From contig NW_018408886.1 of the NCBI RefSeq assembly GCF_002113885.1, positions 154,482-218,481 of the forward strand: a stretch of DNA of 64,000 bases. Reading direction: 5' to 3'. Numbering within the stretch: the first letter of the stretch is position 1; the number at the start of each line of letters is the position of its first letter. The DNA is from Mizuhopecten yessoensis (Eukaryota). Under the pieces are notes generated by a model, which made no database searches, was not told where the DNA came from, and saw nothing but the letters and a program-made list of their open reading frames with translations. A program made the translations under genes and the position numbers. Of the stretch, positions 1-13,012 are shown piece by piece.

Positions 1-200
1 TGTAGCTAAACTCCCCCCTCCCCCCGGAATGTTGGGGTCAATAAAATATAAAGGGTATATATACAGCGTGAAGGGAGGCAATGAGATTGACAATGTTTCC
101 ACTATCATCCTCAGAGTACACTGTAAGTAGGTTGGAAAATATTTGTCTGTATCTGTACGTCACAGGTCACAAATTTCTGGTGTTGAGTGTGACGGGTGGT

Positions 201-1062
201 GTGGTATCTGGGACTGTTATTCCGAGTGGGAAGTGTCCAGACTTTGGTATCTGGGACTGTTATTCCCAGTGGGAAGTGCCCAGCCTTTGGTATCTGGGAC
301 TATTATTCCTAGTGCGAAGTGTCCAGACTTTGGTATCGGGGACTATTAGTCCTAGTGGGAAGTGTCCAGACGTTGGTATCTGGGACTGTTATTCCCAGTG
401 GGAAGTGTGCAGACTTTGGTATCTGGGACTGTTATTCCCAGTGGGAAGTGTCCATCCTTTGGTATCTGGGACTGTTATTCCCAGTGGGAAGTGTCCAGCC
501 TTTGGTATCTGGGACTGTTATTCCCAGTGGGAAGTGTCGAGACTTTGGTATCTGGGACTGTTATTCCGAGTGGGAAGTGTCCAGTCTTTGGTATCTGGGA
601 CTGTTATTCCGAGTGGGAAGTGTCCAGTCTTTGGTATCTGGGACTGTTATTCCGAGTGGGAAGTGTCCAGTCTTTGGTATCTGGGACTATTATTCCTAGT
701 GGGGAGTGTCCAGACTTTGGTATCTGGGACTGGTATTCCGAGTGGGAAGTGTCCAGAGTGTGGTATCTGGGACTGTTATTCCCAGTGGGAAGTGTCGAGA
801 CTTTGGTATCTGGGACTGTTATTCCGAGTGGGAAGTGTCCAGTCTTTGGTATCTGGGACTGTTATTCCGAGTGGGAAGTGTCCAGTCTTTGGTATCTGGG
901 ACTATTATTCCTAGTGGTAAGTGTCCAGACTTTGGTATCTGGGACTGGTATTCCGAGTGGGAAGTGTCCAGACTTTGGTATCTGGGACTGTTATTTCCTA
1001 GTGGGAAGTGTCCAGACTTTGGTATCTGGGGATGTTATTCCGAGTGGGAAGTGTCCAGACTT
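201..1062. repeat. 43-bp tandem repeat, ~20 copies
   Basis: Unit actttggtatctgggactgttattccsagtgggaagtgtccag. Confidence 0.95.
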
Positions 1063-2770
1063 GAATTGTTGGACACTTTCCTGTGCACTTGTTCTTCTCC
1101 TAATACTGTAGGTTCCAGTCCTGGATGGTTTTGTAGAAGAACGAATTGTTCTGAATGACCAAGTACGTCTACCTTCAATGACCTAGAGTTTGTAGTACAT
1201 AATTTTGTCTGCCACGTTTTTGTGCTCGTAACCTTCTAATTTTCTAGGCTGAATTATCCTTTTTGGTTTGTGTGGAGTTAGGTAAAAAAAAAATGCAAGG
1301 CTGGTATTTTTACTATATGCTTGTTTATATGGAGCAGGAGTTCTGACTTTAACAGTGCATATCGCTAAATGCCAATAACAACTTTAGGGTACGCACAAAA
1401 ATCGAAGGTAAAAGTAGGGTTTAGTGAAAACATAAGATTTGTTTTATTTGGCCTAAGGGGGACACAAGCTTCAATGGAGCTGGTAACAGACTAAACCGAT
1501 TCTGTCCCCTTCTACTTATTGCGTGGGTGAGCTTAGGGATGTGAAATCAAATAAATACCTTATTTAATTCATATTTAAAATAACAACAAGCGTGAGTCAA
1601 AACCATCAGAATCTTGTACAGCAAAGTTAGGGACAAATAAAAGCCGGGCCCTAACACCAATAGACAACCATACTTTATAAGTGTCCGTGTTTAATACCTC
1701 GTGCCAGCACATTTAAAGCTCAGTCAACTTATATCATCAACGGTTAAATCAAATTTTAAAATGGAAATTTATTTGTTTTAATTCTTTAAATTCTAAATTT
1801 AATGATTTCAGATGATAATCTTTGATCGCAGATATTTACAATTATCATTTTATGTATCTTGAACTTCTTTTCCCCAAAATATGTCAAAGATAAAAATTTG
1901 TGTTTACTTTGTGTGAAGCTAACAAGTCTTTGTGTCTGTGTGAGCAGGTAGACTGTATATATGTGTACAATTGCCCTCCACAGCGCCTGGCTAGGGACCT
2001 CGTTAAAGGTAGTGGAAACTCGCTATACAGGACCCTAGTGTTAGCTACCACTATCAGCCCTACTGGACACGTGTTCCAAGTCTGGTCAACTTACAGCTCC
2101 ACAAACGTTAAACAGTGTATATATGTGAATTAAAAACTATATATATTTTAAAGACATTAGATGTTCATTTTAAGACTAAAAATACAGAAATATTTTTTCG
2201 TAAATTTTTTCAAATATTCACTCAAATCATAATTTGGATAATTGGAGTTTTACTGCGTGGTTAAGCTTACCGAGCTATGAACCGGCTGGGTTTGATAGCC
2301 AGTGTTATCAGCCGGCTGATCTAGGTACACAGTACTGGAGTCGCTGGGCCTAGTAAGACCGCTATACTGGCGACAGGGCCTGTGTTAGTTAACTTAAAAC
2401 GTCTAGGGCTTACTCAGGTACGGTAAACATCCACCGAGTCGTCGTCAGATAGATGACGCACACACGTCAAAATTATCTACATTACTCATAATTTGTTGAT
2501 CGGATTCTGTTCATTAGGGGGTGCACACGTAAAATGATAATTTACGTGTAGAAATGTTTGAAATTATTATGGTTTTAGAAATTTATGAAGTTATGGGGAC
2601 GTATGAAAACTTAATTACTATTGGTGCATTTTATTTCATCGTGGTGTAGAACTCAAGTAAGACATTAGTTTATATGGAATTTTGAAAATATTTTCAATTA
2701 TTTTAAGCTCTGCTGAATTACACAGACTTAAAACAAAGATGTAAATACTTTCACTTTAATTAGCTTAACT

Positions 2771-5700
2771 TTAACTGATTCACCCCTGAAATTTCATAAT
2801 GAACTATTCCAACCTTTGAAATGGAAGTTTTCAAATGTGTCTTCAGGGTCGAATGAGTTAATTTTAGGTAGAGCTTGTGAAATTTTGCATGCGTTTTAAT
2901 TTTCTTCCGCATGGGAAGAAAGAGATAAATGAAAATCAGAAAATATGATAGATCAGTTGTATATTTTTACTCAAGTATTAAAGTTCTTGACTCGTGCTTT
3001 TCCTATAGAACTCACTTTCAGTCCTCGCCTGAAAAAAATCTACAAAAATCTTTGCCTTAGCAGATCAGAAACATTTACTTACAAACTTTAGTTTGGGTAT
3101 GATACGTAAATATTAAAAAGAAATCAGTGTTAAATAAGGCTAAATCCCAAAGTTGAAAGCTACAGGCTTTGTAGAACTGGTATGCCTCTCTTAGTTTTGG
3201 TATACAGAGGAGTCTCCTATTATCCACTGATAAAGATAGAACGCTCAGTGTTCAGTAATGTTTTTGATTTTCAAATATTTGGCACGTTTACAGTAGACAC
3301 AGTCTGCCAGACGTATTTTCTAGGGTGCAATTACATCGTCAGATAATTAGTCATAAAGGTCTAGAAAGACAGTTAAAGAAACGACTATTATCACTGGTAC
3401 GTAAGGGCTTACGGTGTCGCCGTACTTCGCCGACCGACGACAGGAAACAAAAACAAGAAAGAAATTACGTTTTAAAAATTAAAAAAAACTGTCTGCAGTA
3501 TAGACAGTCGAAGGAACTTGTCATAAAATGATTGAATAACAAAGCATAAATATTTCAACATAACATCAACTGGAAAATGATAAAGGAAGTTCGTTTTAAA
3601 AAGTAGATTGTTCAGTTTGTGTTATTGGTACACGAATGTGTCATAAAATGTTGGGAGTAGACAAAAAAAAAAAATTAACCGGAAAACGAGTAAGGAAATA
3701 CATTTTGAAAAAGTTTGATTCAGTACAGGTGTTTTTTTATGTGAACCTTCCCTAAAACTAAAACTAAAAAAAAATAAAAAATACTGGAAGGAATAAACGA
3801 AAGAGGAAGAATTGTCTGCGCAACAGACGTCTATACCTGTCATGTAGAAAAAACACTGACAAAAAAATATTTAAGATGTTTCAAAAGCACCACAAACAAG
3901 ATATAAAGATATAGACAGGAAGATGATTTAAAAAATGACCATATAGGGAAAATGATATTAGATTGTTGAAAAAATATCTACTGGATTAACTTATATCTGA
4001 AATAAAAATGTGGTGATATGCAGTGGTGGAGCAATCGTAATGTTTAGTTTGTTAGAAGTGGTGATGTCCTGTTCAGATAGCTGTAGACAGAAATCTGTCA
4101 TAAATCTTCACCAACGTCAGACAGGATATACAAAATGAACATTTCATATTAACGACAAAGCATGAAACAAAAAAACCTTCTAATTAAAAACTGTAATTGT
4201 AATATAGAACAGTAAGATAAACCCTTTCACCACTGTGGACCAGGGTGGACTCATCCAGATAAATGTATGGTAGAGTCTACTAAAGTAATCTAGGGTTGAA
4301 AGGGTTAAAAACAATGATTTATATAATATAATTAAAAACTCAGAATATGTTAGTATTTCTATGTTCCTGTTAAAAGAAAAGATAAGTGAGTGTTTGTCGA
4401 CAAATATATATTGTTTTTAATAATCTTTTTACGTCTGTAATTGATGGAATAGACATTTTGGCTTAAGTTTTCTCGTCTTACTATGGCAACGTAGGTAAAA
4501 CATGGTAGAATTCCACAAGTTTTAGAACATACAGTAACCAAAGGTCTCAATAAGATTTCAAGTCACATGTATACAACACAAAGGCTTATTTCAGTACATT
4601 TTATCAAAATTTTTCTTTCCCCCTCATGAAGTAGCAATAGAAAGATCTGTAGGAGGAGGGTATTTAGCCGACTAATGGCTACAAATGAAACCCTGGTAAC
4701 CTCCCCTTAATTTTGTGTCAGATGTCGTCAGATCACAGGTCACAACTTCAGTCATTTACCCCTGATGATACATTTGAATTCTTCCAATTCAAGGTTGAAA
4801 TAGTTCATTATAAAATTTCAGGGGTGAATGAGTTAAGTGTATGACATCAGCAGTGTGTGCTAAAATCGTTTACTATTATCGTCTAAATTAAGAATCAATC
4901 CGTCATAATATTTCATTGTTCTTTCTTATTTCAAACCATTCACCGATATACATCAGGAAATGTTCGTCCATAATCGCTTCTACTTTCGATAAAGTGCATG
5001 ACACCTCACCTGTGTACTGGTGCACGGTGCATGAACGTCTTGTTACCATATTTAACTTGTGAGACGCTGTAAATCAGACTTTAATCCATACAACTTATGA
5101 CATTAATTAGATCAGAGTTGGTAGGCCTTCTACGATAAAACGTCTTGACAGTTTTGGTAGATACGGCAAAAATTGACTACCGGTTGGTCTTCATAGTGCT
5201 TTTAACCCATTTACTCCTAAAGTCACATTTGAATCTTACCAAATCAAAGACTGGACAAGTCCAGTTTAAATATGTAGGGGTGAATGAGTTAAATACTATC
5301 ACAAGAAATTCTTTGGAGTTTGTCAGAGTTTGAGATCAAGGGAAACATCCGTTTTTTAGAATATTTTTAGAAATTTCCTATTTTGGATAAGTGTTTTTCT
5401 ATAATCTAAGTTTGATAAATACTTTGTACATTTGTGAGTTATGTATTATGAGGTCTAACGAAATAATTTATGTTTTGTGTTATACCAAAGGAGTCTGTCA
5501 AACCAACAATGAAATAAGATTTGAAAATATAAACATGGAATTATTAAGTTTGAAAAGTTAAGAATGTTAAAGTACTGGAAAAGTGTCAGTTCATCTCCAT
5601 ATCAAAGCATTCATAGATGAATACATTTTACCATTAAATCTGTTAACTCATTCACCCCTGAAGACACATTTGAACTCTTCCAATTCAAAGGATGGAGTAG

Positions 5701-6871
5701 TTTATTATGAAATTTCAGGGGTGAATGCATTTAAGAATCATAAAATTTTCATGAATGAAAAAAATTGGTGTACATGTTTTATTATCCAGACCCAGGAAAA
5801 GGTGAAAGAAACTAATGAATTACTCGCTGATGGTTCTGGTTTCTGGGGCAATTAAGCACATCATGTGATCCCCTTTATTCTAGGATCAAACAATTGTCAG
5901 AAAATGTCACATCTTTACATTGCTGTTATAAAAACATCTTTTCCAAGTGTTGAGTACTGCACACACAACAAGGGGAGTTCACCACTGTAATGGGCCCCGT
6001 TAACGAGGTGACAGATATTGATTACTTCACAAATACCAAAGGGAGAGAACTCCTGACACGGTCCTGTTAATGAGGTGCTATGTTTGTACAAGTGATTAGC
6101 TGGTTTATAGGGGTCAAAGTTTGTTTACTCCCCTCTGGGATCTGTCTGCTTTAAGGAAATCATTAATCCCCAGTCAGCACTCTGACTTGGTATTCAGCGT
6201 GTAACCCCTATGGTGGAAAGCTCCTAATATGTGTAAAAATACCCACATCGTTGTTGTTTTCTTGTTTCTCTAAGAAAAGAGATATGCAGTTTGTCAATTT
6301 GTGCAGCTTCTGTGTTTAACACTAATTAGTGGTAAGATTGAAGTATTTTACAGCTATGATGGTACAGGACAAATATAACTATTCCTGATCACATCAGCTT
6401 TGGGTGTAAACTTGTTCACCCCTTCATGTTTAAACTAGACTTGTCCGCTCTTTGATTTGGTAATGTTCGATTGTGACATTAGGGGTGAATGGGTTAAAGA
6501 AACCTTTGTTTTGGCCTTTGCAGGGTAATTATGGTAGAGCTGATTACACTTTGTGTTGTCAGATGTTGTTAAAACAAAAGTGTTAAGAACCTGTGTACCT
6601 ACCTATAGCTAGTTTATTAACTCATTCACCCCTGAAGACACATTTGAAATCTTCAAATTCAAAGGCTGGAATAGTTCATTATAAAATTTCAGGGGTGAAC
6701 GAGTTAAAGGTAAATTTAACTGAGTGTTGTATGACACAAATTCATCCTTTGCATTCTGTGATCAAACATAATGTTTGATTAATTGTTGTCATGTGATAGA
6801 GTAATGATATTTCATTAATTTAATTCAAAGGTTGGAATCATTGATTGTGAAATTTCAGAGGTGAATGATTT
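2771..6871. mobile_element. Cluster of TTAA-flanked ~83-bp MITEs, family B (copies 2771-2861, 4747-4836, 5202-5292, 5643-5734, 6407-6497, 6617-6707, partial 6821-6871)
   Basis: TIR TTAA-CTCATTCACCCCTGA...TCAGGGGTGAATGAG-TTAA; the copies align with each other in both orientations. Confidence 0.85.
4218..4308. mobile_element. piggyBac-type TTAA MITE family A (83-bp core)
   Basis: TIR CCCTTTCACC...TGAAAGGG; left flank TAAA, right flank TTAA; one of 9 copies in the window. Confidence 0.85.
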
Positions 6872-7116
6872 ACGGTAATGTGATTCACATATGCATTTCC
6901 TTTCCTGGAGAGTTCCAATTTTGAACTCCAATAAAGAGTTCTTCAGGAATGGTAACTATGATGTGGTTAACTGATGAAACGACAAGAAAAACTCATTGCT
7001 AATTCTGAATGATTACATAATGCTGTTTTATGGGAAATAGTTCTTAACACCAATCATAGATACAAAGTAGAAGGTAGCATACACCCTTAAGGAAGACAAA
7101 TAACACAATAAACATG

Positions 7117-7240
7117 CGTAACAGGAGAAATGTAACGGCCAGACCGGGGTTTGAACTCTGGGCCCTCGGAACTCTAGATGGACGCTCTACTGCTTGAGCT
7201 ACCTGGTCTCTGATGATCGACCCAGTCAAGTTCTGCTACA
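7117..7240 (-). mobile_element. tRNA-containing solo-LTR-like element (Helenus-like)
   Basis: Minus strand reads TGTAGC...GGTAGCTCAAGCAGTAGAGC...GAGTTCAAACCCCGG...GTTACG, with A/B boxes. TSD is degenerate. Confidence 0.65.
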
Positions 7241-7644
7241 CGTATAAAATATAAGGCAGCATGTGACATTATGTACCGGTATTGGAGTGAAATCTGGTTG
7301 TAAATATTATTTTTATATGTAAACCTGTGTACTGATGCATATCAAGTGAAGTGAGTACTCAGGATTTGACCTGGTGTTAAACCCCTCTTGTTACCTACTT
7401 AATATAACACCCTATAAACACTCGACATTCACAAGCCATATTCAGGCTCTAAAAAATGAAATGCTCATGCTTTATCCTGTGAAAAAACTTCATCTGTCAA
7501 AGTCAAAAGACCAAAATATTTTTTACGAGAAAGGAAAAATTTGAAAAAAAAAGAAATGTTTTTATAGCATTAAAGTTTTAAATACCAAATGAAAATGATG
7601 TACAATTAAAATTGTTTAGACTGCATGCTGACTTAAACACTTTA

Positions 7645-8135
7645 ATAGGTAACAGTCATTAGGACGATGAATGCAGTTGATGTATAGGTAACAGTCATTG
7701 GGACGATGAATGCAGTTAATGTATATGTTAGTCATTGAGACGATGAATGCAGTTGATGTATAAGTTACAGTCATTGGGACGGGACGATGAATGCAGTTGA
7801 TGTATAGGTTAGTCATTGGGACGATGAATGCAGTTGATGTATAGGTTAGTCATTGGGACGATGAATGCAGTTGATGTATAGGTTAGTCATTGGGACGATG
7901 AATGCAGTTGATGTATAGGTTAGTCATTGGGACGATGAATGCAGTTGATGTATAGGTTAGTCATTGGGACGATGAATGCAGTTGATGTATAGGTTAGTCA
8001 TTGGGACGATGAATGCAGTTGATGTATAGGTTAGTCATTGGGACGATGAATGCAGTTAATGTATATGTTAGTCATTGGGACGATGAATGCAGTTGATGTA
8101 TAAGTTACAGTCATTGGGACGATGATTGCAGTTGA
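7645..8135. repeat. 37-bp tandem repeat, ~13 copies
   Basis: Unit ggttagtcattgggacgatgaatgcagttgatgtata. Confidence 0.95.
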
Positions 8136-8185
8136 TTCAAGTTTTGGAATTATGAAGTAACATTGCAGTATCCTAGCTGAAGTTT

Positions 8186-8866
8186 TCTATACTGCCTCCT
8201 TGCCTTCTGTACCGTAGGACTTACGGTATAAAGGCCAGCCCGAGGTACGTCTATACTGCCTCCTAGCCTTCTGTACCGTAGGACCGTAGGACCTGAAGTA
8301 CGTCTATACTGCTTCCTTGCCTTCTGTACCGTAGGACCTACGGTATTAAGGCCAGCCCGAGGTACATCTATACTGCCTCCTTGCCTTCTGTACCGTAGGA
8401 CCTACGGTATAAAGGCCAGCCTGAAGTACGTCTATACTGCTTCCTTGCTTTCTGCACCGTAGGACCTACGGTACTAAGGCCAGCCCGAGGTACGTCTATA
8501 CTGCCTCCTTGCCTTCTGTACCGTAGGACCTACGGGATAAAGGCCAGCCTGAAGTACGTCTATACTGCTTACTTGCTTTCTGCACCGTAGGACCTACGGT
8601 ATTAAGGCCAGCCCGAGGAACATCTATACTGCCTCCTTGCCTTCTGCACCGTACGCCCTACCGTATAAAGGCCAGCCCGAGGTACGTCTATACTGCCTCC
8701 TAGCCTTCTGTACCGTAGGACCGTAGGACCTGAGGTACGTCTATACTGCTTCCTTGCCTTCTGTACCGTAGGACATACGGTATTAAGTCCAGCCCGAGGT
8801 ACATCTATACTGCCTCTTTGCCTTCTGCACCGTAGGACCTACGGTATAAAGGCCAGCCCGAGGTAC
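8186..8866. repeat. 64-bp tandem repeat with internal palindrome, ~11 copies
   Basis: Unit ctatactgcctccttgccttctgtaccgtaggacctacggtataaaggccagcccgaggtacgt. Confidence 0.93.
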
Positions 8867-9054
8867 TTGTGGTAATACTTAATAAACTAATTTCAATCAA
8901 GAGCATTTCAGCTTACCATAAGTATATTGTGTGTACACTAATTTTATAAGGCACATTGTTGTGGTTAGATCACTTCAGTGTATATATACAGAAAATCCTC
9001 CGTCTGGAGTGGAGCCGTAGTACTACATATACGTAGGCACATTGGTAAAAACTA

Positions 9055-9495
9055 AAACTGTGGACCTTTATGTTGATTGGTGCTTTCGGTTTAGATTTAG
9101 AATTGAGGACCTTTATGTTAGTTTGCGTTTCTTGTTTAAAAAGTTGGTGGACACGAATATCACCGGTACTTTGTGTCTCTAGTTAAATTGAAAGTTGATG
9201 GATGTTGTTAATGTAAATTTTAATTCAATGTTGTGCACCTTGACAGTAATTTTGTGTTTCTGGTTAAATTTCAAGTTTGTGGACCTTTATATAACTTTGT
9301 GTTTATTCTTAAAAATGCTGGTGGACCTCAATGTTAGTTTGCATTTCTTGTTAAATTTAAAGTTCGTGAATGTTATTAATATAAATTTTAATTTAACCTT
9401 GTGCATATGGACAGTAATTTCTGTTTCTTCTTTAAAAAGATGGTGGACCTTTATGTAAATTTGTATTTATGGTTAAATTTAAATTTGATGGACCT
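9055..9495. repeat. Old degenerate tandem repeat (~43 bp)
   Basis: Recurrent gtggacctttatgtt...gttaaattt. Confidence 0.65.
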
Positions 9496-11180
9496 GAACT
9501 CTGTCACTTTCAGTTTCTGGATGTAAGTTGTTCAAAGTTGGATTGCCCCACTACCAGCTCTCATCATGTATGATATATACTTGGTAGATACGGGCCCTTT
9601 GGACCTTTTGATTTGATGACCTCTACACTAGTATATAACAGAGATTGGAAACAGAGTTGATGGTCCTCCTGACTAAAACCGTCCTGGGGTTCCGTGATAA
9701 GCTGCTTGTTTAGTTGTAAAACTTGATACTCGACTCCCCTTGTAAGGTCCAGGTACGCAGTTTTATGATCGAAGAACCTGGAGAGTTTGAGGTCAGGTTG
9801 AAAGTGACCTTGTGAGACTTTGTGATGAATTTTGATTCAATTTCTGGTATGCAATTACAGACGTGAACTTTTAATATGAATTTCAATCTTAATTTAGCAG
9901 AACTTAACTGTCTATATTTTTTTCTATTACATTGTACATCTTGCTTAAAGCATTAATATATATTATCATGTACCGTGTAGTGTATGATTTTGAGTCCGGT
10001 GAAGAGGATTGTTCAAATCCTGTACCGGAATAAACTTAATTCAATTTCAATAGTAATAGTAGAAAGTTAATTATATTGGTTTTTGTTGACTGAATGGTTT
10101 ATCAGAACGAGAACAAAAACCCATTTTGACTGGAAGCAGTTTTGACGTGTAGTATGCTGGTCAGGAGGGACCACACCCTCATTTATAGCTATATAGGTAC
10201 ATATAGTATGCTGGTCAGGAGGGACCATACCCCAGAGGGCAGTTTATCCGGGGAAAAAAGTGTGCTTACAATTACATTTATAGCCAGAAAATGACCTAAG
10301 TGGCAACAATAAAAGTAGAAAGACTTAAAAAACTATTTGTCCATTTATTAAAGGTTGTCCAAAGTGATGCCTCATTGTATTTTCAGTCTCAAAATGACCT
10401 TCAAGAGACATAGAAAAAAGTCCAGAAAACAGTTTATCCACAGCAGTCGGTGTTCACACATGTCGGAAGTAATGAGAATGGCATATTCAGTCTCAAAATG
10501 GCCTTCAAGACATGGAAACAACGATAAACCAAATTTGTCCACTGTACGGAATGGTTTTCATGTTTAGCGTTTTGTCAGTATTTTGGCCCTTGTGATCAAT
10601 TCCAATAATAGGTAGTAGTAGCCCCTTTGGTCAAATCTCAGGACTAAATACATTTCTAAAACGTCGGTGTAATGAGAAAATGTCATCATCAGAAGGAGTT
10701 GTCGGAATAAATGCATGTTTTTGTGTCAGGCTCACGGTATTCAGGCGATGAAATGTCCATACATTAAGCATGCCTGCAGTACCACTGCCAAACAACAGCT
10801 ATGTATTGGAACTGTTTTCCAGTTTGACAGAAAACCATACATTTTGTAGAACTATTATGAAAAATTTACCTCCAGCAGAAATTGTAACAGGGAGTTTACA
10901 TCTGCAGCATGGTAACAGTCAACATATTTCAGCTATAGACTGAAGGTTTGGAGGAAGCAGGGAACCAGCTAGCAGCTTATCTTCCAAAGTTTTCAATTTA
11001 TTTTTGGAGAATTTTCATCACTTCACGTTTCCAGGGTTGAATCGTTAGCTAATCGTTTAAATAAATACCTTTTTGGAAAGTTTCCGAAGAATTTAATTCA
11101 TTCAAACATAAACATCAAAGTCATGATTTCAATTCAGATTTTTCTCCGTTAAAGCTGTTTTCTGTTATCTTTTTGAAAAG

Positions 11181-11421
11181 TGTAACAGGAGAAAGAGAAA
11201 ATGTAGACCGGGGTTCGAAGCCAGGACCTTCCTAACTCTAGACAAATGCTCTACCATTTGAGCTATCTGGTCGCTGACGATCGACCTATCTCGTCGCCGA
11301 CGATCGACCTATCTGGTCGCTGACGATCGACCCTATCTGGTCGCTGACGATCGACCTATCTGGTCGCTGACGATCGACCCTATCTGGTCGCTGACGATCG
11401 ACCCAGTCAAGTTCCGTTACA
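11181..11421 (-). mobile_element. tRNA-containing solo-LTR-like element (Helenus-like) with internal 24-25 bp tandem expansion
   Basis: TGTAAC...GTTACA termini, perfect 4-bp TSD AAAG (11177-80 / 11422-25), tRNA-like A/B boxes on the minus strand and about 6 copies of ctatctggtcgctgacgatcgacc. Confidence 0.75.
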
Positions 11422-11460
11422 AAAGGTTGAAACAGATATTGCAGTGAATTTCGGGGGGGG

Positions 11461-11503
11461 NNNNNNNNNNNNNNNNNNNNNNNNNNNNNNNNNNNNNNNN
11501 NNN
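11461..11503. other. Assembly gap flanked by G-runs
   Basis: 43 N; another single N at 58464 also sits in a G-run. Confidence 0.98.
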
Positions 11504-12900
11504 GGGGGGGGTAACATTGAGCTTTATTTAACATAATGTTTCTGTTTATTGTACTTAAAAAAAAGGCATTCATAATGTTACCCTGATCTTTTAGGATAAC
11601 TGAAAAATATAAATATTAATCCAGTGTTGTGTTCATTGGTTAGGGAGCCTATATTCAGTCTGAAAAAACATTCAATGAAATGAGTATCATTGAAAGCATG
11701 TTAAAATAACGGTTAAAGATCCACATGAAATATCTGTTCAATGGTTTACAGAGCCTGTATTTAAATTAAGAAAATAATCAATAAAAATAATCATAATATT
11801 ATTCAATGTCTTTTAAAATAGTTGATAGAATTTGACCTGAAATTTGTTTTCAATGGCGTAAGGACAGGCATAGGGCTATGTGTTGTCGAGTCAATACTGT
11901 GAGTTAATATTGGTAAACCTTTAAAGGCTTAAGGACAGACGTAGGGCTGTGTGTTGTCGAGTCAATACTGTGAGTTAATATTGGTAAACCTTTAAAGAAA
12001 TATTAGGTTTGGCGGTTGAGTCAACAATACGACTTGCCTCTTCAAATCGCGGATCAAGTGGGGAATCTTTGTGGGTTAGGCTAACTCGGGACCGATTTAA
12101 CATGTACCAGTATTTAGCTTTGTGTACGCCGTCATTGGAATGTTGTAGTGTTGTTAGATTTTGAGGTATTGTGTGTATGCTAAACGAATAGGGGCCTCTT
12201 CTCATTCTATAATTGACTTTAACGCAAAACTTTTCAGAAAGTGTACAAATAGTTGTGTGTTCCGTTACGGTAATAATTTATAAGTTGGCTGTGGAATCCG
12301 AGAAACAGACCAGTATATATATAATCTGTTGTCGGGTTTTCTATAGGTCACTGTAATAGGGATAGGAGACTTTGTAAGTACTAGCTGGGTTACAGGGTAT
12401 TTCTTGATACCTAACATTGTATATGACTAGATCTGGGGTAGGTATTTCTGTCCTCAATACATTGGAGTTTCTGTTTCACTAAAATAGTTAAGGCATTAAT
12501 TGTATCAGGCCCTCAATGTTTGATTTCCTAGGGAACGTTACCCTCAGAGGGAATGTTTTAATTTCCAGGGGGAATGCTTACATTTCCGAAAGAAAATTGG
12601 AGATTCTGTTTCACTATATAATTAAGGCATAAATAGCTTCTGTCCCCTGATTTCTTATTTCCTTGGGAAAGTTCCCCTCTGAAGGAATGTTAATATTTCC
12701 AAAGGGGAATGCTTAATCCCCCCCGGAGGGGAGAGGGAAAGTTTAACCCTTGTATAAAATGCTAAGCTTTTTAAGGGAATGCTTACTCATCTCAACCCCC
12801 CCCCCCCCATGTTGCATGGTTTTACAGAACCTTTTATGCCACTTAGGGGGTATATATGATACAGGTACAGTCTGTGGGTCATATAGCTCTTCCTCACAAC

Positions 12901-13012
12901 TGTTTCCTAGCAACTAGTAACATTGTTTCAAGTAAGGTGTTAACTAGCAACTGGTAACATTGTTTCAAGTAAGGTGTTTCCTAGCAACTGGTAACATTGT
13001 TTCAAGTAAGGT
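12901..13012. repeat. 37-bp tandem repeat x3
   Basis: tgtttcctagcaactggtaacattgtttcaagtaagg. Confidence 0.9.

Noticed and set aside
112-128. cag|agtacact|gtaagt as a microexon
   Set aside because: 8 nt is not frame-preserving and there is no supporting homology.
81-1158. Overlapping long ORFs (277, 249, 150 aa)
   Set aside because: Products of the 43-bp tandem repeat; the same peptides cycle through all frames.
7130-7210. tRNA-like sequences (also ~11205-11270, 57700-57787, 58853-58925) as tRNA genes
   Set aside because: Degenerate cloverleafs embedded in repeated elements with TSDs or SINE bodies.
10240-11150. Possible transposon fragment with repeated ttcagtctcaaaatg.ccttcaaga
   Set aside because: No ends, TSD or coding remnant could be established by eye.
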